64,000 nt of DNA from positions 24,626 to 88,625 of the forward strand of contig JBQTIW010000035.1 of NCBI GenBank assembly GCA_052387735.1, read 5' to 3'. Origin of the DNA: Gemmatimonadaceae bacterium. Lineage in GTDB: Bacteria > Gemmatimonadota > Gemmatimonadetes > Gemmatimonadales > Gemmatimonadaceae. The position numbers and the translations under genes are program-made. This document shows, piece by piece, positions 1 through 9,670 of this stretch; positions within the stretch are counted from its first letter, which is position 1; every line of letters begins with the position of its first letter. Below the pieces are notes generated by a model that was given only the letters and a program-made list of their open reading frames with translations, searched no databases and was not told where the DNA came from.

Positions 1-318
1 TACGAGGCCTACCTGACCCTGGTGCTGGAGACCTTCGTGACGAAGGAGCGGATTCTCGATCTGTATCTCAACCTGGCTGAATGGGGAGATGGCGTGTTCG
101 GGGCAGAGATCGCGGCGCGCACGCACTTCCGGAAACCCGCCAAGCAGCTCACGCGCGATGAGTCGGCACGCCTCGCAGCGGTGCTTCCTGCACCACGCCG
201 ATGGTCTCCCAAAGGCTCCATTGCATCGCGGCGTGCGTCGACCATCATCGCGCGGATGCAGTATGCGGCGCCACGAGGGGCACCGCAGGCGTCCGGTCCG
301 GCCCGTCGAACGCGCTAG
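1..318 (+). CDS. mtgA: monofunctional peptidoglycan glycosyltransferase (GT51), C-terminal part; 5' end lies outside the window
   Basis: Frame is open from nt 1 ([68 protein letters not shown]). This is the conserved C-terminal block of transglycosylase domains. Stop TAG at 316-318. Confidence 0.75.
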   Translation, partial: YEAYLTLVLETFVTKERILDLYLNLAEWGDGVFGAEIAARTHFRKPAKQLTRDESARLAAVLPAPRRWSPKGSIASRRASTIIARMQYAAPRGAPQASGPARRTR

Positions 319-474
319 GCGCACACCGCTCCCACGCCGCGAGCGTCTCGGCGAACGCGCGGTCATCGGCGCTGTCATGCTGCGAGGGGACGCTCTCCCC
401 CGTCGACGCGACCGTTGTCGTTCGTGAGGGAGGCGCGGCCGACCGTTCGCGTCCTCACATCTCGTAGCAGCCGG

Positions 475-2124
475 CTATATGTCTCCCCGCCTGGCAAACT
501 CGGCGATCTTCTCGCCCGCTCGAAAGGCGAGTGCCATGATCGTCATCGTCGGTTGGCCGCGTCCCGACGTCACCAGGCTCGAGCCATCACAGATAAACAG
601 GTTTCGGACGTCGTGCGTGCGATGATCCTTGTCGATCACGCTCTTCATCGGATCGGTGCCCATCCGGCACGTCCCCAGGAAATGGGCGCTTCCCCCGGAA
701 ACGCCGGGCTCATTCCCCCACGTGCGCTTCGCGCCGGCCGCATCGTGCATTTCCCTGGCGCGTGCGTTCAGGAACTTCATGATCCTGATGTCGTCCGGAT
801 GATCCTCGTACGTGATGCGGAGCGCCGGCAGGCCCCATTCATCCTTCAGCTTGGGATCGAGCGTGACGTTGTTCCGCTCCATGGGCAGAGACGTGGTGTG
901 GCTGTACATCGTCATCTGTCGCGTGTACACGTGCGCGAGCCACTTCTTGAACTCCGGCCCCCAGGACGGAATGCCCTTGGGCGGGTTGCGTAGCGCAAAA
1001 CCAATCGGCAGCGCCGCATCGAAGCGCGCATCGATCCCACCACCGCCATAGAAGCCCCGCTTCGGGTCGCTGTCATACCAGTCCATCACCAGCCGGGTTA
1101 CTTCGGCGCTCTTGTACTCGTTCAGCGGATGCTCGTACTCGCCCGCCAGCGTGGCGCCTCCGTTGAACATGAGGTTCCGCCCGACCATGCCTGACGAGTT
1201 GGCGAGACCATTGGGGAAGGCCTGGTTCTTCGACATGAACAGCAGACGCGGCGTCTCGACACCGTTGGCGCACAGGACCACCGCCTTGGCGCGCTGGAAC
1301 TGCTCGCGCTTGCCCTGATCGAAATAGACGACGCCCGTCGCGCGTCCTGCGTTGTCCAGCTGAACTTTCCGCACGTAGCTGTTGGGCCGGACCTCGCAGC
1401 GACCCGTCTTCTCCGCGACCGGGATGACGGTGGCGAGCGTCGAGCTCTTGGCGCCGTACTCGCACCCGTGTCCCATACAGAAGCCGCAGTGCTGGCATGG
1501 CAATCGACCGTTGTGCGGTTTCGACAGAATGGCCATTGGTGCTGGGACGGGCGTATATCCCAGCTTCCGCGCGCCGCGCTCGAGCAACACACCCGCTGAT
1601 TTGATGGGGAGCGGCGGCACCGGATACGGTCGCGAGCGCCGTCCCTCACCCGGATACGGTGCCCCGGACACGCCGATTTCCCAATCGACTTTGGTGTAGT
1701 ATGGCTCCAGCTCATCGTAGGTGATGGGCCAGTCGACGAGCGTGGTGCCCGCAATGGGACCAAGCTTCCTGCGTTCGACGAAATCGATCGGGCGGAAACG
1801 CCAGAAGTTTGCGGTGAAGTGCACGCTGCTCCCGCCCACCATGCGCGCGTACGACAGCCAGCCGGCGCGCTCCTTCGCCTCCTCGGTGGCTTTCTGACGC
1901 CAGGTGAAGGGCTCCTTTGTCGCCAGCTCGCTGTGGAACCAGTACTTCAGCTCGTCGTGGCCGAAGTGCTGTGGACCGAGTCGCGGACCCTGTTCGAGGA
2001 CTACCACGGAAAAGCCGCGCGTGGATAGCTCTTTGGCCACGATGCCGCCGGCCGCCCCCGATCCCACCACCACGAAGTCGACAGTCGAGGAAATGGGAAA
2101 CGTCACCCTGCCCTGTTGGGTCAT
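475..2124 (-). CDS. GMC-family FAD oxidoreductase (gluconate 2-dehydrogenase flavoprotein-like)
   Basis: 549 aa. N-terminal Rossmann motif DFVVVGSGAAGG..EL..RG..VVVLEQG. Immediately downstream of a Tat-signal small subunit, as in gluconate 2-dehydrogenase-type enzymes. Confidence 0.85.
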   Translation of the reverse strand: MTQQGRVTFPISSTVDFVVVGSGAAGGIVAKELSTRGFSVVVLEQGPRLGPQHFGHDELKYWFHSELATKEPFTWRQKATEEAKERAGWLSYARMVGGSSVHFTANFWRFRPIDFVERRKLGPIAGTTLVDWPITYDELEPYYTKVDWEIGVSGAPYPGEGRRSRPYPVPPLPIKSAGVLLERGARKLGYTPVPAPMAILSKPHNGRLPCQHCGFCMGHGCEYGAKSSTLATVIPVAEKTGRCEVRPNSYVRKVQLDNAGRATGVVYFDQGKREQFQRAKAVVLCANGVETPRLLFMSKNQAFPNGLANSSGMVGRNLMFNGGATLAGEYEHPLNEYKSAEVTRLVMDWYDSDPKRGFYGGGGIDARFDAALPIGFALRNPPKGIPSWGPEFKKWLAHVYTRQMTMYSHTTSLPMERNNVTLDPKLKDEWGLPALRITYEDHPDDIRIMKFLNARAREMHDAAGAKRTWGNEPGVSGGSAHFLGTCRMGTDPMKSVIDKDHRTHDVRNLFICDGSSLVTSGRGQPTMTIMALAFRAGEKIAEFARRGDI

Positions 2125-2127
2125 CGG

Positions 2128-2703
2128 TCAGCGCCCCTTCGCCGCTTCGGCGTCATAGTATCCAAAGGGTGGCGAGTGGGAGGCGCGCGGCTGGAAGTTG
2201 ATCAGTTTCCAGCCGACCTGGCCCCGATTGCCGCCGTACTCGGGATTGGCAAACATCCCGGACATGGTCATGAAACGGACGCCGCCGAACAGATCGCTGT
2301 CCTCCATGTCCTTGAGAATGGCATCCTGGTCGGCGGGTGAAAGCGCGGCAAAAGACGTGGCGCCCCTCATTCGACGTCCGACGCGTTTGCGCAGATCCGC
2401 CAGGCCCTGGCGCATATCCCCGATGTGTTCCTTCTCAAAGGTCGCGAACGCGCGATCCATGAAATAGATGACACCGGCTTCCTTCGCCCCCGGAGTGTCG
2501 GTCGTGGGCATGATGCGCTCGGCCATGGCCGATAGCTGTGCGGCCTCGTCGGGCGTGAGCACCTGAAACGGTGGAGGCGGCTGTTGCTTGACTGCTTGGC
2601 CGGCGTAGGCGGCCGCGGAGTTGATGGCCGCCCAATCGGCTACGAACCAAGCGGCGCCAACGCCGGCGAGGTTGGTCAGGAAGGTGCGACGCGAGGAGGT
2701 CAA
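2128..2703 (-). CDS. gluconate 2-dehydrogenase subunit 3 family protein (Tat-exported small subunit)
   Basis: 191 aa. Twin-arginine signal MTSSRRTFLTNLAGVGAAW. Its stop is 3 nt before the start of the GMC oxidoreductase gene. Confidence 0.8.
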   Translation of the reverse strand: MTSSRRTFLTNLAGVGAAWFVADWAAINSAAAYAGQAVKQQPPPPFQVLTPDEAAQLSAMAERIMPTTDTPGAKEAGVIYFMDRAFATFEKEHIGDMRQGLADLRKRVGRRMRGATSFAALSPADQDAILKDMEDSDLFGGVRFMTMSGMFANPEYGGNRGQVGWKLINFQPRASHSPPFGYYDAEAAKGR

Positions 2704-2785
2704 GGACGGGAGCCTGCAGCCGAGGGACAGAAGCCAGGAGACAGGAACAGGAGACGGCTCAACTCTGCCTGAGCCGACCAGGGAG

Positions 2786-4258
2786 TCAAGACTCGCGGGA
2801 GCCGTTGCGCACCGCGGAGGTGGCGGGGGGGAGAAGGGCTCTCGGGGCGCGGCCGTTTTCCCTGGCCCTGGTCACGATCGAGATGCGGTCCCACCAGTCA
2901 ACGACCGCGCGCGCGGCCCGGCCGAGTACCGCGCCCACGATGGTCGGATAGTCGACGGCCGAGCGGCCGTCGTCCATGTTGAGCGACCGGAGGATCTGCG
3001 AGCGCATTTTGATCGCAATCGGGGCGGCAAAGTCGATGGGGTTGAAGTGCGCGTCGTAGCGCACGCCCAGCCCCTCGATCAGCGCCGCCGTGCGGGCGAA
3101 GTAGACCATCTCGCTCGTCAGGCGGACCGGCCAGTCATAGAGCGTCGCCAACACCTCCTGCGCCAGCAGCTGTACACGCTCGGTCATGGTGGACGGCTGG
3201 TAGGCGATGCTCATGAGCCGGTCCGCGAGTGGACGCAGCTGTTCGTTGGTGGTCTCCGGTGCCAGCAGGCCTAACGAGCGGAATCCATCGAGAATGCCAT
3301 CCGTGTCGCGACGGATGGCGGCGAACACGGTAGCCACGAGATCGGCGCGCATCTGTCTGGACACGCGGATCACCATGCCGAAATCCAGGATGACGATGCG
3401 ACCGTCGGGCGCGACCAGAATGTTGCCGGGATGGGGGTCGGCGTGGAAGAAGCCGTCCACCAGCATCATCTTGAGGTAGAGCTCCATCACATGGCTCACG
3501 ACCCCTCGCGGATCGTGCGTGGAGTCACCATGGCGCGGGTGGATGCGGTCCACGCGCGTGCCCTCAACGTACTCGAGCACCAGGGCGCGCGGGCGTGTCA
3601 GCTCGGAAATGACTTCCGGGACGATGATGCGGGGATTCCCGCGGAAGTTTTCCCCGATCTCGATCGCATTGGCGGCCTCACGAACAAAGTCCATCTCCTC
3701 CCACACGCGAACGGCAAATTCCTCAATGACGATGCGTGCGTTGTGGATATGCGGATTGGGGAAGCGCCGTGCGAACCAGGCGACCAGGGGCCGGAACACG
3801 GCGAGATCCTGGCGCACCAGCTCCTCGACGCTGGGACGCAGGACCTTGATGACGACGTCGCGCCCGTGGTGACGCGCCCGATGCACCTGTCCTAACGAGG
3901 CCGCGGCAAGGGGCTCGTTCTCGAACATATCGAACAGCTGTTCGGGCGTGCGCCCGTAGGAGTGCTCGATCTCGTGACGGATCGCCGTGGTGGGGACCGG
4001 CGGGACCTGGTCGGTGAGGGCCGACAGCGCGCCGACGTATGGTTCCGGGATCAGGTCCGAGCGCGATGCGAAGATCTGCGCCATCTTCACAAACGAGGGG
4101 CCGAGCCTGGCGAGGGTCTCCACGACGCGTTCGGCGCGGACCTGGTGGAACTCCGGAGTGCGCTCGACACCCTTTCCCCACCAGATCCAGCGCCGCCAAT
4201 CCCGGATAAACGAGACGACCAGCGGAGTCAGGTAGCGGAGGATGACCAGCGCGCGCAT
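2786..4258 (-). CDS. ABC1/UbiB-family atypical protein kinase
   Basis: 490 aa with family motifs FVKMAQIFASRSDLIP, ASLGQVHRA, VIKVLRP, HADPHPGNILV, ILDFGM. Confidence 0.8.
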   Translation of the reverse strand: MRALVILRYLTPLVVSFIRDWRRWIWWGKGVERTPEFHQVRAERVVETLARLGPSFVKMAQIFASRSDLIPEPYVGALSALTDQVPPVPTTAIRHEIEHSYGRTPEQLFDMFENEPLAAASLGQVHRARHHGRDVVIKVLRPSVEELVRQDLAVFRPLVAWFARRFPNPHIHNARIVIEEFAVRVWEEMDFVREAANAIEIGENFRGNPRIIVPEVISELTRPRALVLEYVEGTRVDRIHPRHGDSTHDPRGVVSHVMELYLKMMLVDGFFHADPHPGNILVAPDGRIVILDFGMVIRVSRQMRADLVATVFAAIRRDTDGILDGFRSLGLLAPETTNEQLRPLADRLMSIAYQPSTMTERVQLLAQEVLATLYDWPVRLTSEMVYFARTAALIEGLGVRYDAHFNPIDFAAPIAIKMRSQILRSLNMDDGRSAVDYPTIVGAVLGRAARAVVDWWDRISIVTRARENGRAPRALLPPATSAVRNGSRES

Positions 4259-4319
4259 CTGACCAATCTACCCGGGTTTGGCGGCCAGCCTTCCCTCATT
4301 TTCCCCAACTCACTGCCAC

Positions 4320-4333
4320 GATCATGCATGATC
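4320..4333. promoter_or_regulatory. perfect 14-bp palindrome GATCATGCATGATC in a divergent intergenic region (candidate operator)
   Basis: Read directly. It lies between the divergent starts at 4258 (-) and 4353 (+). Confidence 0.3.
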
Positions 4334-4352
4334 GGGCCCACCGAGAACCCCT

Positions 4353-4859
4353 ATGTTTCAAACCGCCTGTCATGCCGCGGTCCTCGTCGGCGCGCTCGTG
4401 CTGCTGAGTACGCAGCCTCTCCCCGCGCAGCGCGCGGCGGACGATCGCGACGCCGCGGAAATTCGACGACGCCGCGAATCGTCGAATGCAGCGATCGCCC
4501 GTCACGATACGGCCGGAATCGCGGCGATCCTCGCACCGTCCGTCATGGTCCTGTCGTCCAACTCAGCGGCGATCCTGGGTCGCGACACCAACGCGCAGCG
4601 CCTCGCCGATCAGTTCCGGACCCGTCCGGACGTGGTGTATCGACGGACGCCGGAGCGGGTGAGGGTGTTCGGCCCGTGGCGGATGGCGAGCGAGCTGGGA
4701 CGCTGGACCGGCTCTTGGACGGACGCCGACGGTCGGCTGACGATTGGCGGGGCCTACTTCGCGAAGTGGCGCGAAATCAATGGTCAATGGCTTGTCGAGA
4801 GCGAAACCTACGTGCCCGAGAGCTGCGTCGGTGGGGCGTATTGCAGCAGGGTGCCGTAG
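4353..4859 (+). CDS. secreted SnoaL-like/DUF4440 (NTF2-fold) protein
   Basis: 168 aa. Signal peptide MFQTACHAAVLVGALVLLSTQPLPAQ. Shows the pattern typical of DUF4440/NTF2-like proteins (IRRRESSNAAIARHDTAGIAAILAP..., ...GGAYFAKWREINGQWLV). Confidence 0.55.
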   Translation: MFQTACHAAVLVGALVLLSTQPLPAQRAADDRDAAEIRRRRESSNAAIARHDTAGIAAILAPSVMVLSSNSAAILGRDTNAQRLADQFRTRPDVVYRRTPERVRVFGPWRMASELGRWTGSWTDADGRLTIGGAYFAKWREINGQWLVESETYVPESCVGGAYCSRVP

Positions 4860-4863
4860 GACC

Positions 4864-4941
4864 GAGACGGGAGACAAAGACCGGAGAGCGTGAGCCGCAC
4901 TCCGCAGCAGATCTCCACTCCTACCTCCCGTCTCCCGTCTC
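4864..4941. repeat. G-rich/C-rich inverted repeat between convergent genes (likely bidirectional terminator; member of the heptad repeat family)
   Basis: GAGACGGGAGAC (4864-4875) is the exact reverse complement of GTCTCCCGTCTC (4930-4941). Arms show 7-nt periodicity (CTCCCGT CTCCCGT). Confidence 0.5.
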
Positions 4942-5384
4942 TAGAACGGCAGCAGTGGCCGGTCCCATGGGATGAAGCCCAGAATCGACGCCAGTGCGAT
5001 TCCCCACCAGATCGTGGCCGTTTGAAATCGGCCGGAATCACTCTTCGCCTTCCGGACGCGCGAGAGCCCGATGTGCGTGAGCGCTACGGAGATCAGCATC
5101 ATCACGGGGTGCTCCACCACGATTTTTCGCATCGCCGGGTCCGACATCGCCGCGCCCATGTCCGCCATCCCCTGGCGGGTCAGGGGACTGACCGCGTAGA
5201 GCAGTACCCCAAGCACGAATTGCAGCGAGATCGTGGCCGCGAACGCCTTGCCGGCCTTCAGATCGGCGTCGGTCCACTGGGCTCGCTGCATCCAGCCGCG
5301 CCAGGCATGCCAGAACGCCCAGAGTCCGGCGAGCACGACGACCCACCTAACGAGATTGTGCGTGATAAGGATGGCGGAATACAT
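4941..5384 (-). CDS. hypothetical integral membrane protein (about 4 TM helices)
   Basis: ATG at 5384 (MYSAILITHNLVRWVVVLAGLWAFW...). The upstream part of the 241-aa track ORF is Arg/Gly-rich shadow sequence. Hydrophobic segments run throughout. Confidence 0.5.
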   Translation of the reverse strand: MYSAILITHNLVRWVVVLAGLWAFWHAWRGWMQRAQWTDADLKAGKAFAATISLQFVLGVLLYAVSPLTRQGMADMGAAMSDPAMRKIVVEHPVMMLISVALTHIGLSRVRKAKSDSGRFQTATIWWGIALASILGFIPWDRPLLPF

Positions 5385-5557
5385 GTGTGAGACGGGACGG
5401 GTGACGGGAGTTGACGTCGCGAATGCGGGTCGGTTGGCCTCGACGGTCCAAGCTACGGCCGAAGACCAGAGGGCTCCAGTCGTCATGTCACGCCCTTGGT
5501 GGGGATGTGCCCCTGGCGTACATTCGCGCGTCGCTGCCCGACCCTCACAACCTCGCC

Positions 5558-8167
5558 ATGCGCCGTCTCGTCCTTCCAGCCCTGCTCGCGGTCTTCGCCG
5601 GTTCTGCCGCAGCGCAGCACCCATACTCGGAGGCCGGCAGCACCTATGACCCGCGCGTGCCCACACCCCGGTCGGTCCTCGGTTACGACCTCGGCCAGCG
5701 CTTCACCACACACCGAGCCATGCTTCGCTACGTCGAGCGCGTCGCTTCCGCGTCACGGCGCGTGAAGGTGGACACGGTTGCTCGGTCGTTCGAAGGGCGT
5801 GAGATGTTGCTCATCACCGTCTCGTCGGAGGCGAACATGGCGCGCCTCGCCGACCTGCAGGTCGACGCCCGTCGCGTCGCCGACCCGCGGACCGGATCCA
5901 CGGCCGAAGTGGAGGCGGCCGTTAGGCGTAGCCCGTCGATCGTCTGGCTGGCGCACTCGGTGCACGGCGGCGAGGCGTCAGGCGTCGAAGCGGGGATCGC
6001 GCTCCTGTATCAGCTGGCCGCCGGAACCGACGCCGAGACACGCCTGGCGCTCGACAGCACGGTTGTCCTGATCGACCCCATGCAGAACCCGGATGGTCGG
6101 GAGCGTCACACCCACGACGTCGAACGCCTGTGGAGTTTCCGGTCGCTGCCCACCGAGCCCGGCGCGTTGAACAACGCCGGGTCATGGCCCGGACCACGCA
6201 CGAGCCACTACTCGTTCGATCTCAATCGCGACTGGTTCATCCTGTCGCATCCGGAATCGCAGGGACGTGTCGCGTCGTTTCTCAAATGGATGCCACACGT
6301 TGCGGTCGACCTGCATGAGCAGGGGTCGAGCGCGACCTTCTATTTCGCGCCACCCCGGGAGCCCGACAACCGCAACAATCCGAAGCATCTCTTCAAGTGG
6401 TTCGACATCTTTGCCGCGGCACACGGCGCGGCGTTCGATGCGCACGGCTGGTCGTACTTTCGTCGCGAAGGCTACGACTCCTTCTATCCGGGATACGGCG
6501 AAGGCTGGCCGATGCTCACCGGCTCGATCGGCATGCTGTTCGAGTCCGCCTCCTCGTCGGGCGGGGCGATCCGCCGCAACGACGGCACGCTACGCACGCT
6601 CAAGCAGGCCGCCTGGGAGCACTACACGGCGGAGTGGACCACCGTGCGCACATCCGCGCGGCGACGCGCTGAGCTCGTCAGCGACTACGCGAAGTCGCGT
6701 CGTGACGCCATCAGTATCCATGCCGCCGGACCCATGCGCAGCGTCGTCTTCGAGCGCGACGGCCAGGGCCGCGCCGACACCCTCGCGCTGCGATTGAAGG
6801 CCAACGGCATCGACGTGATGCGCCTGACGAGTGACGCGGACCTGCGCGACGCGACGTTGTTCGGTGAGAAGACGGCGGCACCGTCGACACGAGTGCGGGC
6901 CGGCGCGTACGTCGTGGACCTCGCGCAACCGCAGGGACACCTCGCCAAGGCGCTGCTCGAGCCCGACGCCGAGCTCGATTCCGCATTCATCAAGCTGGAA
7001 TTGGAAATGCGACGCACGGGTCAGCCTGACCGGTTCTACGATATCACGGCGTGGTCGCTGCCCTTCGCCTATCGCGTGAGGGCCTGGCATACCAGGACCC
7101 TGCCCCCCTCGCTGTCGGCGATGGGTGAGCTCCCCCGCGATGCCATGTCGCGTGCGACTCGCGCGCGCTACGGATATGCCTTCGAGCCCGGCACGGAAGC
7201 GTCCAACCGGCTGCTGGCAGCGCTGCTCGAGGACTCCGTGAGAGTCTGGCACGCACCGCGTCCGTTCACGTCCGGTGGCAAGCGGTTTACGAAGGGCGCC
7301 TTTCTTGTGCGCGTAGCGTTCAACGACTCGTCGGTGCACGACGTGGTAGCCGAGCAGGCGACGCTGGCCGGCGCCGCCGTCTACGCGATCGCGTCTGCCG
7401 GGGTGGAAGCAGGTACGGATCTCGGTTCCAACTCGGTGCGCCCGATTCGCGTGCCCAAAGTCGCACTCCTCAGTGGTACGCCGGTGAGCGGCAACTCCTG
7501 GGGATTCACGTGGTATGCGATGGACCAGCGCCTGGGTTATCCCACGACCCTGGTGGATGCGAGCTTCCTCACCGCTGGCCTCGACGGGTTCAATGTGCTG
7601 ATCGTGCCGTCCGTCCCGGGTGCCGCCCTGGACCGCACGTTAGGTGACGCCGGCCGGACGCGTGTGGGTGACTGGGTGCGCAATGGTGGCGTGCTCATCA
7701 CCATCGACGCCGCCACCGCCTGGCTGGCGCAGGAGAGCACGCGCCTCGCGCGCGTCCGCGTTCGCCGGGACACGACTCGCGCCGATAGTGCGGGGGGAGC
7801 GCCACTGCAGACCGACCTCCCCGGCGTGATCGCGCGGGCCACGATCGACACGCTCTCGCCCCTGCTCGCCGGAGTTGCCGAGCTCGAGATCCCCGTGTTC
7901 GCGAACTCCGATCGTGTGCTCACCGTTCCGAAGGACCTGACCGCCGGTGAAGCGGTGATCCGGTTCGCGCCGGAGGGTCGTGTACGGCTCGCTGGCTACT
8001 TCTGGCCGGAGATGCCGGCGCGCATCGCCCTGTCGCCGTGGCTATGGACCGAGCGCGTCGGCAGGGGACGGGTGATCGCGTTTGCGCACGACGTCAACTT
8101 CCGCGACCTGTTCCGTGGGCTGCTGCCGATCTTTGGTAACGCCGTGCTGCTCGGCGGGACCTTCTAA
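5558..8167 (+). CDS. secreted M14-family metallocarboxypeptidase-like protein (large, multidomain)
   Basis: Start at MRRLVLPALLAVFAGSAAAQ (signal peptide). HSVHGGEASG contains the HxxE zinc-ligand motif of M14. 869 aa. Confidence 0.75.
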   Translation: MRRLVLPALLAVFAGSAAAQHPYSEAGSTYDPRVPTPRSVLGYDLGQRFTTHRAMLRYVERVASASRRVKVDTVARSFEGREMLLITVSSEANMARLADLQVDARRVADPRTGSTAEVEAAVRRSPSIVWLAHSVHGGEASGVEAGIALLYQLAAGTDAETRLALDSTVVLIDPMQNPDGRERHTHDVERLWSFRSLPTEPGALNNAGSWPGPRTSHYSFDLNRDWFILSHPESQGRVASFLKWMPHVAVDLHEQGSSATFYFAPPREPDNRNNPKHLFKWFDIFAAAHGAAFDAHGWSYFRREGYDSFYPGYGEGWPMLTGSIGMLFESASSSGGAIRRNDGTLRTLKQAAWEHYTAEWTTVRTSARRRAELVSDYAKSRRDAISIHAAGPMRSVVFERDGQGRADTLALRLKANGIDVMRLTSDADLRDATLFGEKTAAPSTRVRAGAYVVDLAQPQGHLAKALLEPDAELDSAFIKLELEMRRTGQPDRFYDITAWSLPFAYRVRAWHTRTLPPSLSAMGELPRDAMSRATRARYGYAFEPGTEASNRLLAALLEDSVRVWHAPRPFTSGGKRFTKGAFLVRVAFNDSSVHDVVAEQATLAGAAVYAIASAGVEAGTDLGSNSVRPIRVPKVALLSGTPVSGNSWGFTWYAMDQRLGYPTTLVDASFLTAGLDGFNVLIVPSVPGAALDRTLGDAGRTRVGDWVRNGGVLITIDAATAWLAQESTRLARVRVRRDTTRADSAGGAPLQTDLPGVIARATIDTLSPLLAGVAELEIPVFANSDRVLTVPKDLTAGEAVIRFAPEGRVRLAGYFWPEMPARIALSPWLWTERVGRGRVIAFAHDVNFRDLFRGLLPIFGNAVLLGGTF

Positions 8168-8334
8168 CCCTCGGCCGCCGGCGCGGGTTCGGACCCGGTC
8201 AGGGGCTCGCCATCACCTGACGGCTGGCCTTCGACGTTGCGGCGTTGCTTCTCGGCGAGCTTGGCATCCTTTCTCGCTTTGCGCTCGAGTTCTTTCCTGC
8301 GCTTCTCAAAGTCGTAGTTTGGCTTTCTGGCCAC
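8164..8334 (-). CDS. small Lys/Arg-rich hypothetical protein (56 aa), absent from the ORF track
   Basis: GTG at 8334 preceded by GGAG. Translation VARKPNYDFEKRRKELERKARKDAKLAEKQRRNVEGQPSGDGEPLTGSEPAPAAEG*. Its stop overlaps the stop of the convergent M14 gene by 4 nt. Confidence 0.35.
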   Translation of the reverse strand: MARKPNYDFEKRRKELERKARKDAKLAEKQRRNVEGQPSGDGEPLTGSEPAPAAEG

Positions 8335-8476
8335 AATCGAGGCTCCACTCCGCTCCCGCGGAAAAGGGACTGTTCCGGTCGCTCGGGGTCACCAGGCGGT
8401 GGAGCACCGAATTGCCGTACCTGAAGCGTAGTGGGTATTGCCGCCTCGTGGGGGGATCTGAGGCAGGATTGCACGA

Positions 8477-8516
8477 GAAAAGGCGGGGCGGCGCTCGGCC
8501 GTCCCCGCCTTTCTCC
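8477..8516 (-). terminator. intrinsic terminator downstream of the 8527-9168 gene
   Basis: AAAGGCGGGG ... CCCCGCCTTT is a perfect 10-bp stem. On the minus strand it is followed by TTTTCTCGTG. It starts 11 nt after the stop codon. Confidence 0.65.
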
Positions 8517-8526
8517 CCAGGGGCGA

Positions 8527-9168
8527 CTACATCCCATTCGCGAACTTTGCGGGAAACTGTTTGGCGATCGCGTCCGCCAGCGGATCGGCGATGTTCTGCA
8601 TGTGCATCGCCGCCGTGCGAAGCGCCCCGAAGCTCGCCTTCGCGTCCATCGTTGCCTGAGCATCGATCACAGCCTTGAGCGTGAGGACGTGGTCCTTCAC
8701 CAGTGCGGCCACAGCATCCTTTGGCAGGTTGGGGTTTGCCGACGCGAGGAAGGCGCCGAAGTCCTGTGTGTACTGCACGAGATCGCCGACCGCTGTGTCG
8801 CTCTTGGCCCTGTTCTTCGTGGCCAGGCCCACTGTGTAGTCCACCACGAAGCCGATGTGCTTGCGCCACAGCGCCAGGAAGGCCTGCTCGGCGCCGGTGC
8901 CATAGACCGAACCGATCGCTTTGGACACGTCGACCGAGTTCATGTCGAGGGCGCCGGCCGCTGCCTCGAACTCCGCGTTACGACCGCCGAGCGCGGCGCC
9001 GGTGGCGTTGGCGGCGAGGAAGGCGTGCTCCTGCAGCAGTGTGCGCAGTGTGGCGCGCAGTGTGGACGACGCGCCGCCATGCGACATGTCCCCGTGTTGG
9101 GCCTGGCCGGTGATGGGTGAAAGAACAAGGGCGGCACTGACGCCCGCGATGCTCAGATTGCGGAACAT
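8527..9168 (-). CDS. secreted helical hypothetical protein with an N-terminal His/Met motif
   Basis: 213 aa. Signal peptide MFRNLSIAGVSAALVLSPITGQAQ, then HGDMSHGG. Ala/Leu-rich helical repeats. 13 nt downstream of the cupredoxin gene. Confidence 0.6.
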   Translation of the reverse strand: MFRNLSIAGVSAALVLSPITGQAQHGDMSHGGASSTLRATLRTLLQEHAFLAANATGAALGGRNAEFEAAAGALDMNSVDVSKAIGSVYGTGAEQAFLALWRKHIGFVVDYTVGLATKNRAKSDTAVGDLVQYTQDFGAFLASANPNLPKDAVAALVKDHVLTLKAVIDAQATMDAKASFGALRTAAMHMQNIADPLADAIAKQFPAKFANGM

Positions 9169-9181
9169 TTGGACTGATCTC

Positions 9182-9520
9182 CTAACGAGTTGAGGATACG
9201 ATGACCGTGCCCCGCATGAACTGGTGCCGGTCGCAGAAGTAGGTGTGCGTGCCCGCCCGGTCGAACCGTTTCGTCGCCGACCTGCCCGCGTCCCTCAGCA
9301 CGTGGTTCCACGCCGCTGTCCTGGCCTGGGGCGTGCCGCCGGTGACGGTATGCTCGACCTGGTCACGGTTCACCCAGGTGACCGCGGTACCGACCGCGAC
9401 ACGAGTGGTGTCTGGCGAGAACTGGAAGGTCTTCAGTTCTACGGTGACCGCTCGGTCGGAAAACGACGGCAAGGTCTGGATGCCAGCGGCAGCGGCGATG
9501 GCAAGGATCAGGGAGCGCAT
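9182..9520 (-). CDS. cupredoxin (plastocyanin/amicyanin-like type-1 copper protein)
   Basis: Signal peptide MRSLILAIAAAAG. Cu-ligand pattern ..VEHTV.. and YFCDRHQFMRG (C-x2-H-x2-M). An alternative GTG start at 9559 is possible. Confidence 0.7.
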   Translation of the reverse strand: MRSLILAIAAAAGIQTLPSFSDRAVTVELKTFQFSPDTTRVAVGTAVTWVNRDQVEHTVTGGTPQARTAAWNHVLRDAGRSATKRFDRAGTHTYFCDRHQFMRGTVIVSSTR

Positions 9521-9670
9521 AACGAGCGAGTTGAGGCGTGTCCACGGACGGGCGAACACACCCTGATTACGCCGCCGGAGACTGTCCGGATTGCCGCTGC
9601 GAGGTTCTCGGGGACTGGTGGATCGTCGCGCCGATGGTGATTGTCATCGCGCCCTGTGTGGAGAACGGCG

